A stretch of DNA of 63,172 bases, the filler included, from Octopus bimaculoides (Eukaryota): assembly GCF_001194135.2 (NCBI RefSeq). It is 9 parts of 8 records of this genome, joined end to end, with 100 filler letters (N's around TTAATTAATTAA, not from the genome) between each part and the next. Parts side by side here need not be neighbours in the genome. Positions count along the whole stretch, not along the records: positions 1 to 13,452 come from NC_068981.1; positions 13,553 to 26,588 come from NC_068991.1; 7 more parts are not named here. The stretch is one strand, 5' to 3'. The translations under genes were made by a program, and so were the position numbers. Each line of letters opens with the position of its first letter. Positions within the stretch are counted from its first letter, which is position 1. The notes beneath the pieces are model-generated. The model was not told the origin of the DNA. It saw only the letters and a program-made list of their open reading frames with translations, and ran no database searches. Below are positions 1 to 14,270 of the stretch, one piece after another.

Positions 1-42
<42 letters not shown>

Positions 43-2980
43 TCATCATTATGTTGACACGCATATAAAGAGAGAGGAGGAAAGAGAAAGAAAGAAAAGG
101 TACAAATATAATTATATATATGCAAGCCTGTTTGTCTGTGTGCATGTGTCTGTTTGCGTGTGTTATGCTACTTGTGAGTATTAAACCTCACAGCTTAGTT
201 AATCAGTTAATCAACGAGATATGAGACTATATACAGTATCTAAAAGTAAACTGAGTTCACGCCAATGCCTCTCAACTTTTTGATGACTCAGTTCACCTAC
301 TTATAAAAAAAATCATAAAGTCTGGTTACTGCAATGAAATAATTAATGTAGAAAAATCTATAGTTATTAATCTAAACAAGAGCACTAATAATATCGTAAT
401 GTTATTATATTCATGTCCAGGATTTATTCATTGAACACATCTACACAATCTTTTATAAACAAGCGTATACTTTAGAATTAGTGACTGTTACTATATATTC
501 AAAAACTTTAGAGGACCGATCTTAGTTGGTCCTTATTCATAAATATTAGGATTAGTTACCAACATTTTTTCCCCCAATTCTACTTTGTATTTTGTAGAAT
601 TTCAGAAAAGCTTGTTTGTTTTATCATATATCAGTTTAATAGTCATTCAAGTATATTTCTTTTAAGACACTGAATTTGGAAGCATATTTCGTTTAAGACA
701 TTGAATTTGGAAGCATAATTATTTTAAGACACTGAATATGATAACTCCTGTCTGCGAAGTTGGTTGCAATAAATATTCTGTGCAATAAAGGACATACGCT
801 GTCTTAAGCAAAAAACAAAAAAATATATATATATACTTTTTAATGTTTACATATATATTTGCGAGCTCGAAACTTTGCAATCGGTTGAATTATTTTGAAA
901 CTGGATGAGTTGGGATTTATTTCTAATTAGATTCCGTTTACTCTGAATTGGATAACCAAAAATGCTACCAATTCCGTGTGTGTATATTCCATAGATATTC
1001 AACAATTATCATTCAGTGGTAAATGGAGAGATTGAATTGAATTGCAATAACATTATGCAATGACCCAAAGAGCAATATATTGTAATATTTTTGTTGTCAA
1101 ATATCTGTTTTATTGGCTTCAAACTTGGATGAAATTGACTTAGTGCTACGTATGACGCACAAGAAAACTGATTTGTTCTGAAATATACGTAAGCTGTTTT
1201 CCGAGTCACAATTCGTCTCTCGGATATTAATACTGAGTGATAATATCTCCGTTGAAATTATAACAAGTTATTGGTAATTAAAACTCCTACAAATGATTTC
1301 CTACCCAAGACACATAATATTCAACAGCTTAATTTGCTTTATTCCAAAATAGTACAATTGATGAAGTTTAAACACGCATCATTAATACGTATGATTAACA
1401 TTCGGTATTAGCTTACTGATGGGCAATTAAATCTACCCTCATGCATAGGCAAGTAATCAATCGTGTATATCATAATGCACCTATAAAAAGTAAAAAATAT
1501 TCATTGGCTATCAATATGATGTTCAGTTGTAACGCTCATCAGTTTATATATGTGCGCATGTCGCTAGGTATTGTAATTTCCTGGTGTTTTTTTCTTTTTA
1601 TTCAGTTGCAGAGTCTGATAGAAGTAGCAGTATGTATGATCTTGGCAGATCTCCGAGACCAGTGACTTTGACGCCGTTAATGTTGCAGTTCCACAGTTTA
1701 AACGGATGTTGGACGTCAATAGTGTAACAAAAATTGGAAAACCAAAAGAGTGCCAGAACAGTGAAGTACGAGGACAGTTAGCTCCGCAGTACAGGGGACA
1801 TTGCAGTAGTGAGAGAAAAGAGAGAGGAAAGAGGTTGCACGGCTAGGCCCACAGCTGGAGTGTGTCTGTTATTGACTGAATACCAATCAGTCATGTGAGA
1901 GTGAAAGATAAAATATTTCAAGTACTGAGACGAAACGTTTGAGTATAATGAAAAGAACATTATCAGGGCATCTAGCTTCATTTTTTTGAAGCACCAACTG
2001 GTATTGGTGCATCGCAATATGTGTATACGAAGTAGGAAATCTTGGTAGCGTGGAACGGGGGAAAGTGAGATGGATTGACAATTAATTATTAGTATGGAGT
2101 AGAACGCAAAATGGGTTACAGAAAGCTGAGGTTTTCTACAAGGGAGAATACAGACGGAGATATTATTGTTTAAAAAGAGAAAAGGGGGCTCAGTAAAGTA
2201 GGGATTGATCGGCTGTAAACGGATAGCTGTGTGTCAAGAGTTGAGTTTCTGTATTAAGACCATCCAGTTTGGGGGAGTGGGTGAAATTCTTTTAGGCCTC
2301 GATTTTGGCCAAACAGTTTCAACGCAGCAACGAGTAAACAATTTGGTGGCAAAGCGTGTATCAGTAAAATTTTGTTACGAATGGATATGGTTTCAGTCAT
2401 TTGACAACCTGTATCTGGTGAGTTAAGAATGAAAGACGCTTGTTGCCACAGATATCTGGCATAAAACTCTCGGAGCCGTAGTCGTCTGACTTGAAGTGCA
2501 ACAGGCTCTGGTGATCAACGCGTGATGTGTAGTATGTATGTTGTATAGTTGCAATGACGACGACCAGTATTTAAACGACCCAATAGTTACAGAAACACTA
2601 ACGGTATGGAAGATCTCAGATTTTGAGGAAAGAAAGAAATTAAGCGTATATGCTTTTGTGCGAGTATTCCTTTGTATGAGGGAACTAAGGGAGCATAAGC
2701 TTTACTGCAATACAAATATCTGCTTTAACAATATTTATTGGTATAGAAAGATGGATAGATACATAGATACATAGATATATAGAGAAATAATATTGTATTT
2801 TAGAATACTGTATTCTGTTTTAATCTGTGTTCTAACATCATACTCAACTTCACATCCATTACATCACATTACATGTAAAATTAACTCTCTGTTATATATA
2901 TATATAAAAGATGAGGGAAATTATAGAAGGAAAACATCTACGTAACCAATATTAATTCCAACGCCTAATTTAAAACACAC

Positions 2981-3567
2981 AACGAAATAAATACACACAT
3001 AAATTTATAAATAAGTGAGCAAAATTACATGTAAAAGTCGTATGTGAAAACTATGTATCATGTACGTTGGGTGCAGGCACCGAATGGAGGAATGACAAAC
3101 AAAGAGATAAAAATTCGAGGTAAGGGCTTCCAAAAGGAGCTCTTCGAATCGATTAAGAATTTGATGGTTATACGAAATGTTGGATAAGAGTTCAAAATTT
3201 AAAAATTCAGGGGTAAATAGGTAGATAAATAGATAGATAAAATAAGTATAAACAGATTCAGGTGAATTTGGGTAAAAGATATGATATACGGCCGTTTCAG
3301 GATTACAATAAATGTATAAATGAAGAATTTGTATATATTAATTATATCTACCTGTTTATCTACCTATTTACCCCTGAGTTTTTAATTTTTAAACTCTCAT
3401 CCGACATTTCGTATAAACATCAAATTCTAAATCGATTCAAACAGTTCCTTTTGGAAGCCCTAACCTCAAATTTTTAACTCTTTGCTTGTCACTCCTCCAT
3501 TCACATATGACTTTTACATGTAATTTTGTTCACTTATTTATAAATTTATATGTATATGTATTTCGTT
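2981..3567. repeat. Long imperfect inverted repeat (fold-back)
   Basis: Arms at about 2981-3240 and 3345-3567 are reverse complements. The left arm has an insertion of about 34 bp. Confidence 0.85.
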
Positions 3568-3961
3568 ATGTGTTTTAAATTATGCTTTGGAATTTGCATT
3601 CATTGCCTAGATGTGTTCCTTCTATAATTTTCCTTATCCTTCGATTTAGCTCGCAATAACCACTTCTTAATACAGATATATATATATATATATATATANN
3701 NNNNNNNNNNNNNNNNNNNNNNNNNNNNNNNNNNNNNNNNNNNNNNNNNNNNNNNNNNNNNNNNNNNNNNNNNNNNNNNNNNNNNNNNNNNNNNNNNNNN
3801 NNNNNNNNNNNNNNNNNNNNNNNNNNNNNNNNNNNNNNNNNNNNNNNNNNNNNNNNNNNNNNNNNNNNNNNNNNNNNNNNNNNNNNNNNNNNNNNNNNNN
3901 NNNNNNNNNNNNNNNNNNNNNNNNNNNNNNNNNNNNNNNNNNNNNNNNNNNNNNNNNNNNN

Positions 3962-4011
<50 letters not shown>

Positions 4012-6925
4012 GCATGCATATACACATATGAAAACGTATGAGGCTTATGCATACAAATAGTTTTGACAGCTCATTTTCTAGATATTGTATTAGTCTTAAA
4101 GCCATGCCATCACCATACACATAGAAAACCAAAGGAAATATCTATACATGAGCATGTATTCGAATGACCACCAGCAACAGTTAGAAAATTAGTCACGCGC
4201 ATAAGTTGGAGAGATTTTAACTCATGATTCAGCAGGGAAATATTTAACACAGCAGCACTTTGTCATGATAATGAGATAATGAGACTACGGGCATATATGG
4301 ATGGCTTCAGTGAGAATTTAATCTGACAATAAAGTTTGTATCGCTTTCAATGCATCCTTTTTCAAAGCACCGTTTTTCAAATATCACAATGATTTGAAAG
4401 TACGTTATTTCAAGGTTAACTTTTAAATAGAATTTATATCAGGATTACATGTTACATGTGAGAACATATATCTTTGCAGCCTTAATCCTGCATTTACTAA
4501 AGTTTAGCTACTTTTGCCACTTAGAGATTTTTGCCTTTCGAAGGCAGTGTTATATAGAGATGCGCTTAAGCTGCCATGTGGTAACGCTAACCCCTTCAAT
4601 GGAATGTACAGCCGATATTGCGTTAATCCCAAATTCTTGTTCTGTTTAATCTGGAGTTTATACACCATCTACAGGGAGGTAGCCCACAACTTACTCAAGC
4701 ATTTTTGATTGAGTTATTCTATACTCCATTTGAAAGTGTAATTGTAACCGTTGGCTGTATGCGAAACTGATTAATTTGTAGTAGCTTGAGGTATCCTTTA
4801 AGAGAAAACTGAAGTGGTATCAAAAATGACACAAAGTTCGCAGTAGACAAGTAACCTGTCTTTAGTATGTTTCATCCTAATAACTCCAAAACTCATAGAA
4901 GATAAAATTGTGAAATCAACTCCATAAAGAGGTAGCACTGCCTCTAATTTTCCTTAGTAGATCTTCCACATAATATAATAAAGAGCTTATGATGGGTACA
5001 TTTCTACAATAAGAAAGCAAGTTCTACAAATGGTCTTTTAAATTCAAAGAATAAGAAAGAAAGCAAGACTTTAGATTATATGCGTAGATAAATGTCGTCT
5101 GATATATTTCTACATAAAATATGTTAATTTTACATCATCTTCTACAACGCGTCTCCAAGCACTTCTCTCGAAGTTTATGTAATCACAGTTTTTTTCTTCA
5201 TTCTCAAATGCTCTCAAATTCATCTCACGTCTGGCTCACAGACAAAGATCATTTATTTTTCTCACAAGTTACAATATCATAAAGTTTAGTTCCATTATAT
5301 CAAGTAGTGTATGTCATACATAGAAGTTTAAGAGAAAGCATATATTAAAATGCATCTACAAAATCATGTGACTCGTGATCCTACTCAGTTTCAGGATCTC
5401 TCATATTTTGAAATGCAGTGATGATGGTTACTTTACAATCAAGCACTCAACCTGAGTAATGTGTAATTCCAAGAAGTAGATAACGTATTCAGAAGATCAA
5501 TTTGGTCTCTTCTTGACAAAGTGTAAGAGCCCTCTTTGTAGAATTTGCAATTCGTTGCTTTCACTTTTACTTGTGGTGAAACTAAATCTAGTCTATGGAA
5601 AACATTGCAGGATTAAAGCAGTCATATCTTTCTGGTTGAGTTATTATTGCAGTCATTCGACAACCTAACCACGACAGCAATTCACTCATAGGTCTGAATT
5701 TCACAATTATTTATTTGTAAACAGTGAATAAAGTTTTGTCAGTATTCTTTCAGGGATGGATGTTTTCAAACCCCAAGAAGAACTTATCTATTTTACTATA
5801 CAGATGATGAAAAACGCCTGTTATTTGAGACACTTTTTAAAGAATTTCGTCAAGCGTAACATATGACAGATTCTATGAAGTAGTTTTGCATGGGGTCAAG
5901 CACCCAAGAGAAACTTGCAGTGATGTCAATAAACCTTCCGAGCTTGAACGCCATTTTTGTTTAGGAAGTGAATAAATCCAACATAATTTGTTTACTGAAC
6001 TAATTACTTTATGATGATCTCAACTTGTTTGCTTTTATTTTCTAATCAATATAAAGCTTCATGATATCTCCGTTCCTTTTAACAAACTGGCTATATTGAT
6101 AACTACTGTTTTGATCACTCGGCATATTTTCAGTTATAACCTCATTTTATTTTCATTTTAGTTATTACAGCCTGTAAGTGACTATGGAATATGTTTTGAT
6201 TTTATATTGCTTTATCTATTTTCATCAAATCATTATAAGTATAAAATAAATCGTTACCATTTGGGAACAGTACACATCTCCTACAATAAATTTTTGCACT
6301 CTAAAACAACTAGCAAGCAATTCATTTTCAATGTACATTTGATAACATTTTTGAACAATTATTTCGTTGCTTTCATGTGAACGTTTAATTTAGGAATATT
6401 CTTACCCTCTTTTGCAATACAATAACGTTCTTACGTTTGAAATCACGAAGTCTTGAAGAATGTTTTAGTCGATAATATAAAATGCATGTACATGATATTC
6501 ATTTTGTTCTGCTTCAACTGAATTTTCGGATTGAGGATCATAAATCGAAATAATTGTGACAAAGCACCTCTCAAAGTGAACTTAATTTCATAGTCATTGT
6601 CATGGAGACTTTCTTCGCTGGATGATATTGTTTCATATAAAACAAAATCCAAATGTTTACATTATTAATAATGTAATGAATTAGTGGTGTAATAAATTAG
6701 TAACAGTAAACATTTTACAAATTACATGATAAATTAAATTTATTGTATTATTCGTGAATATTAATATTCAAGAAATATGTTCTGTAGTCGACGAAATTGA
6801 GTAATGGAAAATGGATTATTCGATAGAAATACTACTAGCAGAGAGTGTAGGTAGTAGTAGTAGTAGTAGTAGTTCGTTAACCAGGTTCCCCACAAATTGA
6901 TAGAAACTCTGAAACTATATTTCGT

Positions 6926-7140
6926 CTGCGAGCTGGTAGAATCGTCAGCACGCCAGGCGAAATGCTTAGCGGTATTTCGTCTGTCTTTATGCTCGGAGTT
7001 CAAATTCCGCCGAGGTCGACTATGCCTTTCATCCTTTCGGGGTCTGTAAATGAAATACTAGTTGCGTACTTGGGTCGATCTAATCGACTGGCCTCCTCCC
7101 CCAAAAAATCGGGTCTTGTACCTAGAGTAGAAAAATGTAT
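6926..7140 (+). mobile_element. tRNA-derived SINE, family A
   Basis: A-box-like gcgagctggtagaa, B-box gagttcaaattcc, then gcctttcatcctttcggggtc. Many related copies occur in the window (e.g. 8135, 17365-17640, 18470, 30760, 31620, 33020, 36460, 50930, 54990, 55900, 59720, 60235, 60578). Confidence 0.85.
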
Positions 7141-8483
7141 TTTGTTACCTTATTTACAAGATGTTGCAAAATGAGGTGTAACGTAAATGAAATTAATTGC
7201 GTTTCCCTTACGTCTCGCAAAGGTATAAAATTATACTTCATAAGAGAGGGAATGAGGTTATTGCAAATAGAACGTTGCGTATTTGATGGACAGGTTCACA
7301 AGCGACACATGTCCAGATTGTAAGGTTTAAAAATTTGAACTAATTCTATAATTGGTATAATTTCAATGATACCAAAGAAAAATATCCATTGAAGTCAAAT
7401 GCAAAATAATCGTTAACTGAATAAGGATTTTATTTGGATGGAATTATGTTTTATAGCAAAAGACAGACGTATATTCTTATTTATAAGTGTGTCAAGTAAT
7501 TTTGTCTGTAACGGTCTTATTTTAAAACATCCATAATTTAAAATGGGATTTGTAAAGTATTTCAAGGTTTTTCTATTCGTTTCCTGAATTTATTTTCTTT
7601 TAACCGATGAATTGTGTAGGCAGATAGAGATGTACTCAAGAGTATCTAATTCTCTATTTACCTATCACTAATTTCTCTTTACTAATGGAGTGTGCCGCTA
7701 AAATCTTAGGTTATGCAATATCATTTGTGTAACTGGCTAAGGTATGTGCTAACATAATTTTCGCGTGAAATTCTCCACTGAAAATTGATACTTAGAAAAC
7801 GTGTTGGATTCATGTTGACCAGACGGGGTCAAGTTATTCATTCACGAGTCAGCAGTGGGATTGATGTACATTAGAAAATAATAGCATTTTTACAAAGCAA
7901 CAACACGCAGTATGTAAACATAGAAAAACATCAAATAAATTTACAAACTTAGACCTTAATCTATTAGTATATATATAATAGAAATCCCGTTTGTGAAGTA
8001 TATTACATTTAGAATAAAAGATTTAAATTCGAGACTTAAATATACATATTTAATATTTCTAAAAATTGAGTGGCCGGATGTCGTGTTACATGAAACATTT
8101 TACTCCCTCAGGCCCGAACCTCTTGCAGAAGGGCCTGTTGATTAGATCGACCCCAGTACGCAACGAGTACTTAATTTATAAAGCCCGAAAGGATGAAAGG
8201 TAAAGTCAGAATTTGAACTCAGATCTTAAAAACTGAAATAATACCGCTCGCCGCCTTAAATAAAATATTTAAAAAATATTATCTACATTCTGACATGTTC
8301 TTTACTGCTGATATATTCTTTAATTTTTTATATGGATGGTCTTTATCTAAAGCTTCTTCTGTATTGATAATATTTAGCTTGCATTTGTCAGGAGGGATAA
8401 TAAGGATAACTTTAACATCTTATATTCCAAGTCGTTGGCTGCATAATCCAGAAGCGTATTATTTTTACGGTCGATTTAAAGAG

Positions 8484-8560
<77 letters not shown>

Positions 8561-11500
8561 TGAGACAGAGAGATAGAGAAGAAATGAGGGAGAAAGGACA
8601 TTTGTATATTATTCGGATGCTATGTTTGTGCATTTAAATTTTTCAAATCATATTTTGTTCTTGTATTTTGGCTCATTTTGAATGATTTTAGTATCATTTA
8701 ACCAATTTTGATTGTCGTTAAATGTTTGTGCTTGCATCCTGTACCTCTTCTAGTATAAACACAAGTTTTAGCTCTATTTTCCGCTGCTTTCTTTTAAGGG
8801 TAGAAAAAATGTCGATATTATATTTACCTTCGAGGTTCATGGTTTGTTCTGTTAAACTGTATGTACAAGAATAAATTTCTATTGATTTAGGTAAAAAAAT
8901 CTAATAACACAGGTCATCTGTTAGGAATTGTGTTCCAAGTATTTTTACCAAATTCCTATCTTGTGTATATGATCCACTCCTTGCCAAATGTTTTCACTAA
9001 GTCTTGAAAGTCTACCTCCAATTAGTCATCACTGTGATCGCAAGGCACAGCATAAATTTCAATGAATGGTGACTAGATTAGCTGATAGAATATGAATTTC
9101 GTAATTATACAAAATTACAGTAATCAAAAAAAGTAACTCAGCACTTTTGCTATTATTTTATGTGACGTAAGCATAAAGGTATATCATTACATGATGATTT
9201 AAGTGATTATAGAAAGTTTGAAAGAAATTAGGAAGGTAAACTGAAAATTGAAAATTCGGCAAACACACGACAAAGGGAAGCATAATGCGAAATGAAAATA
9301 TTCATCGACAAAAATCAAATGGTATTACTTGACGATTATGAGAATGCAGAGAAAGCGTAAAGTACTAAGAGAATACGAAACACCACCACAAATGTACAAT
9401 GGACATTGGCGTCAGAATAACGAGATGCCGATTGAAATGACAATCCATCATACAATGGCATAATTCCTAATCGTTAGCGCGAACGTATCGTAATTTTCAT
9501 CTTACTGTTGTTTTTATATCAAACATAAATTGCAGGTCTCTAATCAATCACCACGTTAAATTGTTTGCTTTTCGAAAGAAACTTTCACCACTTTTTGACA
9601 GACTCGGTCAAAGTATAGACGTCTATTTCTATTACACAATGGTTTTTCTTGCCAGAATTTACTGACCATGTAAAGAATGTTATAGGCATAATAAATCGTT
9701 TCAGCCCAGTAGTTCTGATTGCGGTATTCAAGTAATTCTTTTCAATGATAAACATCGCATGCCAGTCTATTTTAGCTTTCAGATATCCCCCAATAATTGT
9801 TTCCCAGTAGTTGATTTCCATTACAGCTTCCTCTTAGAGCGGAATATGAGCTTCATTAAATGATTTACTCTTTCAGAAAAGCGAATAATAAATAGGAAAT
9901 GATAAGCAAATTAGCAAGTCGTATCAGACAAATATTGCTAATTTAAGTGGAGTTAAACAGGAGCCGTCAGGATGCAATTCGTTATGGCTAATTTGATAAA
10001 CGAGACCATCGAGAGATTTAAATGAAAACGTATATTTATGGTCATTCATTGGTGTATTAAAATTACGAGTAAATTTTAAGACTTTGGATACAGCTTTTGT
10101 GTTCGTTTTTCGTCTTACTATATATTGTGACTTCATTTAAATAGACACACAAGCCCTGCCTATCCCTTTTCCCGAATGCTACTGTCTGTATTTAATTAAA
10201 ACACACTGTGCCTTTTATAGGAATGAATCTGGGGCGTTTAAGTGAAACATTTGACCGCCTATTTCGAAAATAGTAAGTATTTTATTATCGTAACACGAAG
10301 TAATCACACTGATGCACGCAAGGCAGTGAAATCTATAGTAAGAAGATATTTTAATCTCAGTAGATGTCTCTGAAAAAAAATATATATATTAACTCCATTG
10401 CATTGTATTTCTACACTCGCAAAAAAAAAACATCACAGAAGACAGAAAATGCTTACAAATGTGTGGGGCATCAAGACTAGTCTATACTGGAAGTATTTTT
10501 AAAGTAATAGTAGATATATTGACAATTGAAATATTACTAAACTAAATTGGAAAGTGAATAAGTCAAGATGAAAATAATTTGAAATCAAGTTGAAATTTCC
10601 CAAAAGTTCCACTGTCATCTATGTTGTGAATTTCGAAAGACGTGGCTACAAATGTATTTATAGCAGTATTAGCAGGTGATAACGGAAGCTCTCTCATAAA
10701 TTTATCATGGTATTGTTTTCATAAATTACTGCGCGGTGACTAAATGCCCGTTTAACGAAGAATAGATTAAATTAATCATCTCATAGAAGTCGTGAATAGT
10801 TCAAAAGACAGCAGTCACCAAACACATTATTCCTTCCAAAAGAGTGAGTGGGTATAAGACAGCTAAAGAAAGTGGAGGGCGAGTATGCGATATGTTACTA
10901 AAGATAATGCTTCCTTGGTGATGAATTTATCTAGAAATGGGAAAGAAGAAATGTAATGCATCTGTTTGCAAAGAAGAGATAAATGTCCGCGTATGAAAAA
11001 GTAAATGGTAAAAGTTTTAACCGACATACAGCAAGATAGGCTACCTGCCCAGAACAAGGCACACAGAAACGTGTGGTTAATCTTTAAGCGAGAATCGGAC
11101 TTGGAGATTGACAGTGCTGATGATCTATACGCATGCCAATAAACTGGTAACCGTGAACTTAGATCTCAGGAATGCCAAAATTAGAACAAAATATATTAGC
11201 ATCGCTTTCGCCTATTAGGTTGTTTTCAAGTTCAGGTAACAGCAGGAGCATATAGTGACCGTGGAGGTAACCAGTGATTAGTTTAGTTGATTGAGATTCG
11301 TGTAGATTTCTATCTTTTCAGAACTTGCCCCCCCCCCCCTCCCTTCCCCGATGGCTAAAATATTATTCCAGAGCTATGCTCCATCGAAAGAGCGAAAAAG
11401 TGCTCATTAACACTGGTAGAGTATGTTACAGAACCCCTTTCCTACATGCATAGTCATGTAATCACACACTGGATGCCACACCAACAAATGCGCATCATAG

Positions 11501-12411
11501 ATGTGGATAGCACGGGTGTTGTTAGTACTTTTAGTAGCTACACCTGAAATATTTAGAATATTACTTTTAGTATGATTGTACAAGAGGCACCGAGAACCGC
11601 TAGAGTTGAAGTACAAACCCCGTGTGTTGGAATAAACCATGGGGATAGATACAAATTTGGTTATGTCTGTAAAAAAGGGATTATTACAATAAACAAGAAT
11701 GAACCCATCAAAAGAAAGGCAAGAAGCTGAAATATTCTCACAGGAAGTTGCGAACACACGCATAGTGCATGAAATTTATGGTGAACTCAAGAGTGAAACT
11801 TAAGCAACATGTATTTCTGATTATCCAAGCAACACAGAAATCGAATATGGCTGAAATGAAATTGGGGATGAGAGTAAAATGCGCCCCCAAAGAATAGATG
11901 TTTCATAAACGTCATGTCAGGAGTCTATCGATAGCTGAGATATCGTGGGCTAGAGGTTTTGGGTCCTTTCACGGTGGAATGAGGCATAAAATAATCATAG
12001 ACACATTCAATGGAACCAGTTTCGGAATGCTTGTAACCCACGCTGTGTAGGGAGTTTCACCTTTGAGTAGGTGGATTCCGATATGTTTGCTTCTTCTAAC
12101 TATGTTATAACCACTCTTCCTATATTGCACTACATCTTTGCCTTTGATCCTGTTCATTTGGAATAGACAATTCTTTTGTCAATAAAGAGATATTACATTA
12201 CTACTACTACTACTACTATTACTACTACTGCTGCTGCTACTGCTGCTGCAGCTGCTGCTTGCTGCTGCTTGCTGCTGCTTGCTGCTGCTTGCTGCTGCTT
12301 GCTGCTGCTGCTGTTGCTGCAACTACTACCAATTCTAATTCTAATACTACTACTATTACTTTTACTAGTAATAGTAATACTACTACTACGACAATTACTA
12401 TTACAATGGCT

Positions 12412-12474
<63 letters not shown>

Positions 12475-12857
12475 AAATTAATTCTATGTAGATGTTTCCT
12501 TGATGTGTTTTAAATTTGTTATTGAGACTCGTTCCGTGTCCTCCAGCATAAATAAGATGCTAAAGTGTTTCGTTTCATACAAGTTTATTGGAAAGACTAA
12601 GAGTATCGATGTATAGACAAGGTGGCACCGACTAATTAATAATGATTATCAAATATACAGGGAAGACGTTTTTTTCTATCGCATTTTTAATTCAACTATC
12701 ATATCTGTCCTAAGGCCAAGATCTAGATGTTCTGTTTCTCAAAATGTTTATTTGCTTTATATGTCTTTCATGATACTGTTACCTTGCTGGTGTTTTCTAT
12801 GCTGCTGTCGTTGCTGGTTGCAGGTGATGGTGATAATGTTGATGATCGTGGTGGTGG

Positions 12858-12899
<42 letters not shown>

Positions 12900-13245
12900 G
12901 GGCACTGCTACTGAGGCTGGTACAAGCATTGTCACTGAAGCTAAAGCTGATGATTATGAGGACGACAACCGCGACGACGACGACGACCATGTTGATCTTG
13001 AGGAAAAGTATTTAGTAGGAGCGGTCGGGGTAGTAGGAGTGGCCACAGTCTTCATCATTCCGATGCGATTGTTTATAATGTAATTATGGTCGCTAACAGG
13101 ATGAAATTTCTATGATATTTTTCTATTATTTAAGATATGCCATGACTTCACGGTGAGCTACGAAACATAGTTTCGTTCATCTGAGGCAGTCTCTCTTTGA
13201 TTTCTATCATTACTTCACAATGCTGCTGTACATTTGATATAACTC

Positions 13246-13332
<87 letters not shown>

Positions 13333-13552
13333 GTTGTTGTTGTTGTTGTTGTTGTTGTTAATATTATTATTAAATCACGTCATATACATATCGTACTTCC
13401 ATGTCATCATTATATACAAAACTATGTTTGCTGATATGTGTGTATGTGTGTGNNNNNNNNNNNNNNNNNNNNNNNNNNNNNNNNNNNNNNNNNNNNTTAA
13501 TTAATTAANNNNNNNNNNNNNNNNNNNNNNNNNNNNNNNNNNNNNNNNNNNN

Positions 13553-13715
13553 TGCTACACCAGTCATAGGGTATGACTCCTTCGTGTATCACCTGGTTCG
13601 TAATACGGGTGACTAGGCTATAGCCAACACTGCCAGATATTTTGAGCATCTCTGCAGTGATTCCTGATGGGCCGGGGGCTTTCCCGGTCTTCATACTCTT
13701 AATTGCTTTATCTTT
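13553..13715 (-). mobile_element. RTE-type LINE reverse-transcriptase fragment (N-terminal RT region)
   Basis: AIKSMKTGKAPGPSGITAEMLK...VIPYDWCS matches the K(A/S)PGPDGI motif preceding non-LTR RT domains. Truncated at an assembly join. Confidence 0.85.
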
Positions 13716-14045
13716 CACTCATAAAATAATCTCTCGAAACAGGAAAAGTGTTTAAACTTGGTCAGTGAGTTTCTCATCATCTGACCATTTCTCAGCCTAA
13801 TAAAAAAGTCACACACACACACACACACACACACACATGCGCACACACATACATACATTATACAACAGGATTCTTTCAGTTTCAGTCACTTAAATCCACT
13901 CACAAGGCTTTGATTGGCTTGGGGCTATAGTAGAATACACTTAGCCAAGGTGCCATGCAAAGGGGCCCGAATCAAAAACCATGTGGTCAGGAAGCAAACT
14001 TCTTAAAACCACAGAGCCATACTGCACCTATATATATATATTATC

Positions 14046-14270
14046 TTATCAAATACACATACTCAATGTATGTGCCTTGCTTGTTTGCTGGTAAACTGCA
14101 ATTTAATGCAGTGGAGATGACTCCTTCAATGTGCTGTGTGTTAAAACACCTGACAGTGACTTGCAGGTGTTTTAACACTTGGTGCTTTGAGGGAGTCATC
14201 TCCGCTGTGCTAAATCACAGCCTACTGGTGAACAAACAAAGCACATACATTGAGTATGTGTGTTTGATAA
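14046..14270. mobile_element. Palindromic MITE-like hairpin (about 225 bp)
   Basis: The left half is the reverse complement of the right half (ttatcaaatacacatactcaatgtatgtg...cacatacattgagtatgtgtgtttgataa), with a short loop near 14152-14163. Confidence 0.8.

Noticed and set aside
661-737. 31-bp unit repeated about 2.5 times (also about 29-bp x3 at 52380-52475 and a duplication of about 127 bp at 62010-62222)
   Set aside because: Ordinary local tandem duplications with no further structure.
1640-2520. Complex, more GC-rich block with several short ORFs
   Set aside because: I could not assign it to a gene or element. A hammerhead-like core was considered but the CTGATGA/GAAA consensus is not met.
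6926-7010. tRNA-like A and B boxes
   Set aside because: These are SINE heads followed by SINE body sequence in many copies, not cloverleaf tRNA genes.
11407-12157. Complex sequence with 118-aa and 62-aa ORFs
   Set aside because: No recognisable domain, stops in all frames across the block and no consistent splice signals. Possibly an old repeat.
12727-13083. 118-aa ORF resembling a secreted Asp-rich protein (hydrophobic N-terminus, poly-D, hydrophobic end)
   Set aside because: It is built on a (GAT)n/(GAC)n tract with decayed flanks. Overlapping frames are equally open, and similar decayed trinucleotide text at 22870-23450 is clearly non-coding. There is no splice or homology support.
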